From Bacteroidia bacterium (lineage in GTDB: Bacteria > Bacteroidota > Bacteroidia > UKL13-3): DNA of 64,000 nucleotides. The position numbers and the translations under genes are program-made. Below are positions 20,192-28,628 of this stretch, one piece after another. The notes below the pieces were generated by a model. That model saw only the letters and a program-made list of their open reading frames with translations. It had not been told where the DNA came from and did no database searches. The stretch is taken from NCBI GenBank assembly GCA_041675505.1, contig JBAYTR010000010.1:67895-131894 (forward strand), written 5' to 3'. Position 1 is the stretch's first letter, and each line of letters begins with the position of its first letter.

Positions 20192-21205
20192 TTAATTTGT
20201 CTTGGTATCTGAAATAGATTTTTCGGCAAAGGAATTATCTACTGCATCTGATGTTGGTTTCATTTCCTTCATGTCGCCTATATCAACTCTTACTTGTATC
20301 GCTTTCTGCCAAGCTTCATCACTCATTACAGCATGGTCTGGAATTGTTTTATCTGCTACCATTCTTTTTACAGCATTTGCAACAACTGCTTTGTCAAGGT
20401 TGGGGAAAAGTTTTGCTGCAATTTCTGCCGTTCCTGCTTCATCTGTGTGGCAATACTGTAATGCCTTTTCAATTGCGTTTACAAATTTTTGAACAGTTTC
20501 CTTATTGGCGTTTATGTATTCCTCTGTCGTTGTTAAGCCAGTGAAAGCAAATCTTCCATAAAACTGCGGTGAGGAGTAAACAACTTTGTAACCTTTACTT
20601 TCAGCTATTGATGTTCCTGGTTCTAAGTCCATCGCAATATCGGCACTTCCATTTTCAAGTAAAGCCAACTGTGAACCAATTGGGGCTTGAACAATGATTG
20701 TGTTTTTTAATAAATCTCCTCCTTTCATGAGTGTCTTTTTCATCAAAGCGTAATTTGTTGACGGGTCGGGGAATGTTCCAACTTTCAAACCAGCCAAATC
20801 ACCAGGCTGTTCTATGGTTTTGATGTTATCCTTGTTTGTTACACCCCAAATTGTTACTCCGTCAACGATGGAACCAATTACTTTTCCTTTTGCTCCTTTC
20901 TCTCGTGATATGGCAGTGAATACAGGGTCGCCAATTCCAAATTGTGCTTCGCCTTTCAAAACGGTTGCAAAAACCTGGTCGTCATTACCTGAAAACTTTA
21001 CAGTAATTTCAAGTCCTTCGTCTTTGAAAAAACCCTTCTCCTGTGCAATGTAGAAAGGTAGGTAAATTAGATACTTCTCTTGTCCCCACTGCGCTACTAT
21101 TACTTTGGTGACTTCGGTGGTTTTTGGCTTTTCAGTGTTGCATGAATTGCATCCTCCCAAAATGATTGTGAGAACCAGTAATGCTGCTAAAACTATTTTA
21201 TTCAT
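20192..21205 (-). CDS. ABC transporter substrate-binding lipoprotein, NMT1/THI5-like (SsuA/TauA family)
   Basis: Lipobox LTIILGGC followed by an SBP fold with NMT1-like motifs. Confidence 0.8.
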   Translation of the reverse strand: MNKIVLAALLVLTIILGGCNSCNTEKPKTTEVTKVIVAQWGQEKYLIYLPFYIAQEKGFFKDEGLEITVKFSGNDDQVFATVLKGEAQFGIGDPVFTAISREKGAKGKVIGSIVDGVTIWGVTNKDNIKTIEQPGDLAGLKVGTFPDPSTNYALMKKTLMKGGDLLKNTIIVQAPIGSQLALLENGSADIAMDLEPGTSIAESKGYKVVYSSPQFYGRFAFTGLTTTEEYINANKETVQKFVNAIEKALQYCHTDEAGTAEIAAKLFPNLDKAVVANAVKRMVADKTIPDHAVMSDEAWQKAIQVRVDIGDMKEMKPTSDAVDNSFAEKSISDTKTN

Positions 21206-21261
21206 TTTGACGGTTTTAATTGCTATTTTATATTGTAAAGATAGTTATTCACTCGATAAAT

Positions 21262-22788
21262 TCAACAATTGCTTCCCTTCTCAAAAAGTGTTTTCCAAAG
21301 GAATGTATCAAACAATTGTGCTAAGTTGTAAGTCAAAAACAAAAATAAAGTTCCTCCCAATAGTATTGCCAAAAACCATTTCCAAAGGTTGCTGTAAATT
21401 TTGAGTTTGCCATCAATGAATGCTACATCAGCATTGAATTCTTTATCATTATTAAGGATTCTCTGAATGTCTTCTTTTTCTAAAAGGTCAGTGTAGCGTT
21501 CTTTCAAATTTGTGTAGCTGTCAACGAATCTTTTGCGTTGCTCTTTCACTTCCCACTTTGCTACTAAGTAATAAAGGAATGAGCCGAACAAAAAAACAAT
21601 TGAAAGAACTGCTGTGTCAAGTGTAAACACATTTACAAAATCTCCATTGCCCAAAACTTTTATTGCGATTGCAGAAAAGTAAAAAGTGATTAGCGCCAAA
21701 GAACTTTTTTGAAAACCACTTGCAAATGTTTCAATGACTTTGTTTGCTCTGTTGTTGAAGTCAAGCAACTGGTCAGAAATTTTATTTCTGATTTCAATGT
21801 ATTGCTTGATGTTCTGCTTCTCGTAAACTTTGTAACTTGATTGAATAGATTGAAATGGATGCCCTTTCAATTCTAATTCACCACTATTTTCAAAGTGAAG
21901 TGAAATAATGTTTCTGGCTAAACCAATTTTATCATTGAGGTTTCCGCCACAATAAACCCAATTGTATATATTGAAATATTCTTTCGTTCCATCTATCGGC
22001 AATGCTTTTACATCAACTTTTCCTTTGATTGATTTATAACCGTTGATTTTAAATTCAAGTTCGTTGGCTTTTAGCGAAGTAATGTCAAACAAATAAACAA
22101 CGGAAAGCACAACAGCATAATGATTGAAAAGCAAACACAGCTTGCTGTGTTTTGCATTTTCAATTTGCAACTGAAAATCATCAGGCGTTAAGTTGTGTTC
22201 TTCAATGTTGGTGTAATTACTTGCTGAAAGAATGCTATCAAGGCGTTTATGCCTGTCAGCAAATGTTTGAGTAGGTGTGGTAGCACCTATTTGTGTAAAG
22301 AAAATATTTGCTGTATTGAATGGCTTGTCAAGATTCAACACTTTGAAGTTTACAAAAGGTGTGTTTGATAAAACACGATTGAAAACCGCATACGCTTCTG
22401 CTACTGACAAACTTTCAAGTGTTGCTGTGAAGATTTCTAAATCATATATAGAAATATTGTTTGAAATATTTCCTTTAGTGATTTTGAAGGTTGCTGTGAT
22501 TGGTTCGCCTTCCTGATGCAAATATTCCTTATCAAGTTCAGTTTTGAAATCGGTAAAATTTGAACTGGTTGAATAAAATGATTTTGGGTCGGCTTCTCCA
22601 AATTTGATTGTGAATGTTAATTGGTCGTTAGGCTCTAAAAAGTTGTAGGCGGTTTGAATGCTTGCAACCTCTGTCGATGAAAAGTTTGTTGCTGACAATT
22701 CACAAATAAATTCTTTGTCATTCTCTGAAACAGTTGTTTGAGAATAAGTAGAGAAAAAAGAGTGAATGAATTTATCAGCAAATTGCAT
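21262..22788 (-). CDS. hypothetical membrane-anchored protein: about 350-aa soluble N-terminal domain plus about 3 C-terminal TM helices
   Basis: 508 aa. TM segments LALITFYFSAIAIKVL, AVLSIVFLFGSFLYYLVA and WKWFLAILLGGTLFLFLTY. One-nt overlap with the upstream gene. Confidence 0.5.
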   Translation of the reverse strand: MQFADKFIHSFFSTYSQTTVSENDKEFICELSATNFSSTEVASIQTAYNFLEPNDQLTFTIKFGEADPKSFYSTSSNFTDFKTELDKEYLHQEGEPITATFKITKGNISNNISIYDLEIFTATLESLSVAEAYAVFNRVLSNTPFVNFKVLNLDKPFNTANIFFTQIGATTPTQTFADRHKRLDSILSASNYTNIEEHNLTPDDFQLQIENAKHSKLCLLFNHYAVVLSVVYLFDITSLKANELEFKINGYKSIKGKVDVKALPIDGTKEYFNIYNWVYCGGNLNDKIGLARNIISLHFENSGELELKGHPFQSIQSSYKVYEKQNIKQYIEIRNKISDQLLDFNNRANKVIETFASGFQKSSLALITFYFSAIAIKVLGNGDFVNVFTLDTAVLSIVFLFGSFLYYLVAKWEVKEQRKRFVDSYTNLKERYTDLLEKEDIQRILNNDKEFNADVAFIDGKLKIYSNLWKWFLAILLGGTLFLFLTYNLAQLFDTFLWKTLFEKGSNC

Positions 22789-23825
22789 TAGCTATTGCCG
22801 TTTTGTCTGTTGCTGAAATATTGATAGCCTTGTTCCGATTTGATTTTCACATATCTTGTTCCGTCTGCATCTTTTTCCGCTGTGATTATTGTTTCAAGGT
22901 TCGGAATATCTTCTTTCAAGTGCAAATCAATTTGGCTTGTCAAGGGGATAGTGTTTAGAAATTTTGCCCTAATCTTTGCCTTTACAATCGTGAACTGTTC
23001 GTCAAAAGGTGTTCTTGGTTTTGATGGCAATTGTCGGATTTGAGTTTTGATTTCTGCAACATCAAGGTTGGAATCGAAGGGAGTGTAGTTTCCAATTGCT
23101 GTGTCCAAATACTCTTGCATGTCAAAATTGTCGTTGGCTCTGAAATAGCGAACGGTGCTATTACGCAAATGCAAATAATCTTGTGGGTGTTTCTTTTTCA
23201 GTTTTGTAAATATGCCTTTGTCAATTGCTTCAAAAGCATTTTCTGTATTGTCCTCGTCTGAATAAACTTTGGTGAGTTCTAAAAAATCTTTCCACCAATA
23301 ATGAGAAAGGTTTGGATTGGTGTCATACACCAAAACATTAGTTACAGTTTGGTCGCTGTTTAGCGAACAAACAAATGCTTTGAAAACCTTTTTCTTTAAT
23401 GGAAGTCCTCTTGAAATAGTAAAATTTATTTCGTTTAAGAAATCGCTGTGGTCTGCTTTACAGATTACAAGTTTGTTGACGCTGTTTTCTGTTACCAATG
23501 CTTGAACAACAATTCCCTTTTGAATCTCAACTCCAAGTTTCAACATTTTTGCTTGTGCCTCTTGCTCTTTCTTCAAAAGTCGTGTTACTATTGTTGATGC
23601 AATTGCAGGAAATTCTTCACCTGCAATAATTTTCGTAATCTGTCCTCTTACTTCTGTTGTGTCGCTGTCAAACTTGAAGTTTCTACCACTGCTGCCTGTC
23701 GTAATGAGATTTACCAGTCCTTGCAAGTATGTGTTGAAGTCAGCACCATAAATTGATTGCTCAATTGATTCAACCGCTTGTTCATGAATGTCAACCTTAA
23801 ATATTTGTATGGCTGTTATGTCCAT
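22788..23825 (-). CDS. hypothetical soluble protein, first gene of the AT-rich operon
   Basis: The ORF-track start at 23891 adds 22 residues. The Met at 23825 (MDITAIQIFKV...) has an AT-rich upstream region typical of Bacteroidota starts. Faint resemblance to NA37/YejK-type nucleoid-associated proteins; unverified. Confidence 0.5.
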   Translation of the reverse strand: MDITAIQIFKVDIHEQAVESIEQSIYGADFNTYLQGLVNLITTGSSGRNFKFDSDTTEVRGQITKIIAGEEFPAIASTIVTRLLKKEQEAQAKMLKLGVEIQKGIVVQALVTENSVNKLVICKADHSDFLNEINFTISRGLPLKKKVFKAFVCSLNSDQTVTNVLVYDTNPNLSHYWWKDFLELTKVYSDEDNTENAFEAIDKGIFTKLKKKHPQDYLHLRNSTVRYFRANDNFDMQEYLDTAIGNYTPFDSNLDVAEIKTQIRQLPSKPRTPFDEQFTIVKAKIRAKFLNTIPLTSQIDLHLKEDIPNLETIITAEKDADGTRYVKIKSEQGYQYFSNRQNGNS

Positions 23826-24304
23826 GTTGTATATTTTAAAATGTGAAAAATTGTTGGTTAACGGGTGCTGATAAAGCGTTGGCGATTGCACACTTTTGAT
23901 TTCGCCTTTGGGTTGGCTTGTACGTGAGCTGCAAATGCAAATGTGTACTGGTGTTTTTTGTTTTCCAGCTGAAGCGTTTACAATTCAAGGAGGTGTCGTT
24001 GGTGTCAAGTTTTGTCAAAAAGTTCATTTTTCATCTGTCAGTTTAATGTTAACACTGTTGCCATAGGGTTTCCGGCAGCTTTTTTATATGCGAAGGTTTG
24101 CCTGGTTTTGTAAATATATCAATTTGCTCATAACTCTTCAAAAAGGGGGTTGTTTTTTGAATACTTTGTGATGTAAATCGCTTTGAAAATCTTGGCCAAT
24201 TAGGCCACGGGAATTTGCAAGACAGGTGAACAGGTTAGGTTGCATAGCATATTGGTTTTCAACGGCAAATTAGAAGGTTTTTTATTACTGTGCAAATTTA
24301 TTAT

Positions 24305-24327
24305 TGTGCTCGCATTGGGAGACTGCT
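24305..24327. repeat. direct repeat TTGTGCTCGCATTGGGAGACTGC, 5' end of tandem element copy 1 (about 24305-24410, ends in a T-run)
   Basis: Matches 24514-24536 at 21 of 23 positions. Both units end ...GACGTT(T)CTTTTTTGA about 100 nt later. Confidence 0.5.
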
Positions 24328-24513
24328 TCTCCCGATAGCCATCGGGTCTCGGTGGCATTGCTTTTTGGGGTGCCGCGCTAGGCTCAATAAGACGTTTCTT
24401 TTTTGAAGAGAGATAGACTTTAAGCACATCGTCTTTGCGATGAACTTCTGGGTAGTGTGTTGGGTAGTCAAGAAGCAAACTTTAGTTCAGGGAAGCAACC
24501 TCCTATTACAACT

Positions 24514-24536
24514 TTGTGCTCACATTGGGGGACTGC
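24514..24536. repeat. direct repeat TTGTGCTCACATTGGGGGACTGC, 5' end of tandem element copy 2 (about 24514-24612)
   Basis: See above. Confidence 0.5.
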
Positions 24537-24627
24537 CACGGGCTCTCATCACACAGGCTAAGCTTCGCCCTCGCAGTGACGTTGGTTTTGACAGTGACGT
24601 TCTTTTTTGAGTGCCTTTGAAGTAATG

Positions 24628-25035
24628 TTACTTCATCTCCTGGCACAACTCAATCAGTACTCCGTTGGTGGCTTTGGGGTGCAGGAAACAAATGAGTTTA
24701 TTATCAGCACCGCGCTTGGGTGTTTCATGGATAAATTGAAATCCGGCTGCTTCTAAACGGGTTATTTCTGCTTCAATGTCTTCTACATCAAATGCAATGT
24801 GGTGTATGCCCTCGCCTTTTTTCTCAATAAATTTTGCAATGGCACTGTCGGCTGAGGTGGCTTGCAGCAACTCTACTTTGCTTTCTCCGGTTTTAAAAAA
24901 AGCGGTGATTACGTGTTCGCTTTCCACGCCCTCTTCTTTGTAGCAGGGTGTTCCCAAAAGTGCGGCAAACAGGCTTTTGGATGCTTCTATATCTTTAACG
25001 GCTATGCCCAGGTGTTCAATCTTGCGTAAATTCAT
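24628..25035 (-). CDS. methylmalonyl-CoA epimerase (VOC/glyoxalase fold)
   Basis: Sequence from the internal Met: MNLRKIEHLGIAVKDIEASK...GEGIHHIAFDVEDIEA... The N-terminal 12 residues of the track ORF are probably not translated. Confidence 0.75.
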   Translation of the reverse strand: MNLRKIEHLGIAVKDIEASKSLFAALLGTPCYKEEGVESEHVITAFFKTGESKVELLQATSADSAIAKFIEKKGEGIHHIAFDVEDIEAEITRLEAAGFQFIHETPKRGADNKLICFLHPKATNGVLIELCQEMK

Positions 25036-25228
25036 GCAGCAAAGTAACCTCAAAAAATAAAAACCCGCCAAGGTTTACTTTCCCCGGCAGGGAAGAAGCC
25101 CGTAAACGCTCAGTAGTTAAGAGGTAAAATAACCGTTCCGTCTACAGGATTTAACCTGAAAACAGGGCAGGAGTGGATATTATTTAGAATTGTTCTAACT
25201 TTGCATACATTTTGAATAGCACGAACGC

Positions 25229-25555
25229 ATGATTACAGTATCAGATAAAGCAAAACACCGGTTGGTTGACCTTAAAAAAGAGTCCAACTACGATGACAGT
25301 TATTTTTTGCGTGTTTCCGTGAAGAGTGGCGGTTGCTCAGGCCTTTCCTACGATTTAGGTTTTGACAACGAAGCCAAGCCGGGCGATCAGGAGTTTAATG
25401 ACGAGGGGGTAAAAGTGGTGGTTGACACCCGCAGCATGCTGTACCTGTTTGGTACGGAGCTCGATTTTTCTGACGGACTCAACGGCAAAGGATTTAACTT
25501 TATTAACCCCAACGCCAGCCGTACCTGCAGTTGCGGGGAAAGTTTTTCGGTATAA
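25229..25555 (+). CDS. iron-sulfur cluster insertion protein (HesB/IscA/ErpA family)
   Basis: 108 aa with the CSCGESF C-terminal motif and an internal Cys. Confidence 0.85.
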   Translation: MITVSDKAKHRLVDLKKESNYDDSYFLRVSVKSGGCSGLSYDLGFDNEAKPGDQEFNDEGVKVVVDTRSMLYLFGTELDFSDGLNGKGFNFINPNASRTCSCGESFSV

Positions 25556-25570
25556 CAGAAAGAAATTACG

Positions 25571-25606
25571 GCATTAAGATGTCCTGTGTGGTTTACTGCG
25601 CAGGAC
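25571..25606 (+). terminator. rho-independent terminator after the IscA-like gene
   Basis: ATGTCCTG...CAGGACAT stem followed by TTTTTTATTT. Confidence 0.6.
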
Positions 25607-25671
25607 ATTTTTTATTTACAATAATTTAAATTCGAAAATCAACGGGCAACAATTAAATTGCCGCAGATTTT

Positions 25672-28533
25672 ATGCGCCAACATTTACCTTTTATTTTCTT
25701 ATTGCTGTTTACACTGAGCCGTAGTTTTGTGGCGGCACAAACGGCCAAAACGGGCACCATCAGTGGTAAGGTGGCCGATAAAAAAGATAAGTCGGAGTTG
25801 GTGGGCGTAAACGTAGTCATTAAAGGCACCAAGCTGGTGGCTCAAACCGATATTAACGGAAAGTTTGAATTCAAGAACGTAAAAACCGGGGAATACACGC
25901 TGGAGTTTACCTACATAGGCTACGAAAAAATTGTATACACGGGAGTAAAAGTAAAAGAAAACCAAACCACCACCATTGATATTCAAATGGGCAGCAGTGC
26001 CGCCACCATTGACCAGGATGTGGTGGTAATAGGTCGCAGGCCGCTGGTTGACATTGAGCGTCCGCAAAGTAACAACACGGTAAGTCAGGAGCAGATTGAA
26101 TCAGCACCCGTGAGGCAATTGCAGCAAATCATCAACACACAACCCGGTGTGGTTACCACGCCCTCGGGGGTGCACATTCGTGGTGGCCGCACGTATGAAA
26201 CAGGGTATTTTGTAGATGGTGTTTCGGTTCAGGATCCCTTGTCGGGCACAGGTTTCGGGTTAGACTTGGGCAGCAATTCGCTCTCTTCCATTGATGTATT
26301 AACGGGTGGTATAGGAGCTGAGTTTGGTAATGCTACCTCAGGCGTGGTAAATGCCAAAACAAAATCAGGCGGAGATAAACATGACTTTGCGGTGTTGTAC
26401 AAGCGCGATAACCTGGGTTTTAACCAACAGTGGAAATCGGTATTTAATACACAGGTGTTGGAATTGGGCGGAGGTGGCCCGGCTATGAAAAAACTGCTCA
26501 ACAACAAGCTGAAGTTTTACGCCTCACTTCGCACGTATTTCACTGATGACTATTTTAAAAACCCTGCGAAGCAACTGCACTCTTCTTTGTTTGAGAACGA
26601 AACCTTTTTTGCGCCTTATCAGGACAACCGCTGGTCGGCCTCACTCAAAATGAACTACGATGTTTCCAATAAACAGAAGTTAGCGTTTACGTATTTGCGT
26701 TCGTTCTCCATTAACCAGGACATGAACAACCTGCGCATTACCGGCAACGATGTACCGTATTTACCCGGTTATCCGTTTTTGTTTTCACAACAAATGGACA
26801 ATGCCAATACGTATACCAACAGTTCTAACCTGATGGTGCTTAGCTGGACCGAATTTTTATCCAAACGTTTCTCCTACAAAGCCACCGTTTCGCGTTTGTT
26901 TATCAAACAACGTACGGATGCCAACGGCCGCGACTGGAGACCCAAAACTGTTGACGGAGAATTTGACCCCAATTCCATTGTAACGTATCCGGTTATTCCG
27001 TTTAACCCCGCAGATAGTGTGGTGTTTGTAAATGCACCATCGGGCTTTTACAACAACGGAGGCATAGCCACCCTGTGGCACGATCACTATGTAGAAGAAT
27101 ACACCGTAAATGCAAATGCAACGCTTTATTCAAAAAATACCTTTAACAAACTCACCTTTGGTGTGGAGCAGGTGTTACAGGATATGCAGTGGGTGGATAT
27201 TCGCAGGCCCTGGGTAGGTGCGCCTATTCCTTTGCCTGACGGCACTTACTCCCAGTCTTTCCGTTTAGGAGATTACAGCGATTTGTGGAAAGTAAAACCC
27301 CGCAAAGGCGCCCTGTTCATCAACGACCAGATAAAATACAAAGGTTTAATTGCCAACGTGGGCGCACGTTTTGAGTACTGGGCTCCGGGAAAATTTGTAG
27401 ACGATGCGGTAAAAGATTCCCGCTCACCCATACGCGATGAAATACGCAGTGAGTACAACAGCAGTACCGTTAACTTTTTAGGTCTGCGTCACAAGTTCCG
27501 TTTTTTGCCCCGGGTGTCGGCCAGTTTTCCCATCAAAGAAAACCAGATGTTGTTTTTTAACTACGGGCACACCACCAAAATGCCGCACCCTTCCTTTTTG
27601 TATGCCGGTTTAAATCCGTTGTATACCGACAGGTCAACCGCCAGTGTGTTGGGAAATCCTAACCTTAATCCGGAGGTGGCCATTTCGTATGAACTGGGTT
27701 ACCGTTCGCAAATTACCTCCAACGATGCCATTACCATCTCTGCCTTTTGGGTAGATAATTACGATTTCATCTTGCGTGTACCCATTTTGGTAAAAGATGT
27801 AACCGGCAGAGAAGTACAACGCACCATGGCCATTAACTCCGATTACTCGCGTAAGCGTGGCATTGAAGTAGGTTACATCAGACGCATAGGCAACTGGTTT
27901 ATGGGGCAGGTGAGCGGAAACTTTATGGTGGCCACGGGACAGAGTGCTTCGGCCTCTGAAGCCTTGAAAGAAATTTTAAACACCGGAGCTGCGGAAGACA
28001 CCCGTGAGTTTTTTATGCCCTGGGATACCCGCTTTGACGTGAAAGCCAATGCCTTGTTTAAGGTTGACCGCAAAGGCGGATTGTTCGGAGCCGGATTTTT
28101 AAACAAGTGTTCCTTCTATTTGGAGAATGTGTGGCGCGCAGGTCGCAGGTATACGCCCTATGTACTGGAAGGTTACGAGCCCATTACCGGCAGGCCCATT
28201 TGGGTGCAGGACAACCGTCCGGAAGCCCGCTGGAGTAAGATTGGGCAGAACTGGTTCTGGATAGATTTTAATTTCCGCAAGTGGTACGACTACAAAAAAG
28301 TAAAAGTAGCGTGGACCATTGAGGTAACCAATGTGTTGAACAATAAAAACTCAGCCATTATCAACCCGGTAACCGGCAGGGCCTACACCTCGGGCGATGA
28401 TGTTCCTACGGAATGGCGCGACCCCCGATACAATGACCCCCGCGACCCGCGCTCATCAGGCACCCCACCCAACGACCCTTCGAGGTACTTGCAGCAGCGC
28501 AACTATCTTATAGGCCTGGCCGTTCAGTTCTGA
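25672..28533 (+). CDS. TonB-dependent receptor with N-terminal carboxypeptidase-regulatory-like domain
   Basis: Signal peptide, GKVADKKDKSELVGVNVVIKGT CarbopepD_reg-like domain, plug and barrel motifs, C-terminal ...IGLAVQF. Confidence 0.85.
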   Translation: MRQHLPFIFLLLFTLSRSFVAAQTAKTGTISGKVADKKDKSELVGVNVVIKGTKLVAQTDINGKFEFKNVKTGEYTLEFTYIGYEKIVYTGVKVKENQTTTIDIQMGSSAATIDQDVVVIGRRPLVDIERPQSNNTVSQEQIESAPVRQLQQIINTQPGVVTTPSGVHIRGGRTYETGYFVDGVSVQDPLSGTGFGLDLGSNSLSSIDVLTGGIGAEFGNATSGVVNAKTKSGGDKHDFAVLYKRDNLGFNQQWKSVFNTQVLELGGGGPAMKKLLNNKLKFYASLRTYFTDDYFKNPAKQLHSSLFENETFFAPYQDNRWSASLKMNYDVSNKQKLAFTYLRSFSINQDMNNLRITGNDVPYLPGYPFLFSQQMDNANTYTNSSNLMVLSWTEFLSKRFSYKATVSRLFIKQRTDANGRDWRPKTVDGEFDPNSIVTYPVIPFNPADSVVFVNAPSGFYNNGGIATLWHDHYVEEYTVNANATLYSKNTFNKLTFGVEQVLQDMQWVDIRRPWVGAPIPLPDGTYSQSFRLGDYSDLWKVKPRKGALFINDQIKYKGLIANVGARFEYWAPGKFVDDAVKDSRSPIRDEIRSEYNSSTVNFLGLRHKFRFLPRVSASFPIKENQMLFFNYGHTTKMPHPSFLYAGLNPLYTDRSTASVLGNPNLNPEVAISYELGYRSQITSNDAITISAFWVDNYDFILRVPILVKDVTGREVQRTMAINSDYSRKRGIEVGYIRRIGNWFMGQVSGNFMVATGQSASASEALKEILNTGAAEDTREFFMPWDTRFDVKANALFKVDRKGGLFGAGFLNKCSFYLENVWRAGRRYTPYVLEGYEPITGRPIWVQDNRPEARWSKIGQNWFWIDFNFRKWYDYKKVKVAWTIEVTNVLNNKNSAIINPVTGRAYTSGDDVPTEWRDPRYNDPRDPRSSGTPPNDPSRYLQQRNYLIGLAVQF

Positions 28534-28628
28534 TAAAAAGAGTCGCATTAAACCGCGTATTTTCCACACGTTTACAATTTTTTAACAAGGGATAGCTAAT
28601 ATTGCAGTTCAATTAATTCTTTAAAAAG

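Noticed and set aside
22788-23891. N-terminal 22-residue extension (MQSPTLYQHPLTNNFSHFKIYN) of the first island gene
   Set aside because: The internal Met at 23825 has a more typical AT-rich start context. The extension is probably untranslated leader. Kept as an alternative only.
24196-24208. GGCCAATTAGGCC near-palindrome (SfiI-type site)
   Set aside because: Single occurrence, imperfect dyad. Mentioned only as a landmark within the non-coding region.
24200-24478. 92-aa minus-strand ORF in the non-coding region upstream of the island
   Set aside because: Lies across the tandem repeat/hairpin elements. Pro/Ser-rich nonsense-like translation with no start context. The region is better explained as non-coding.
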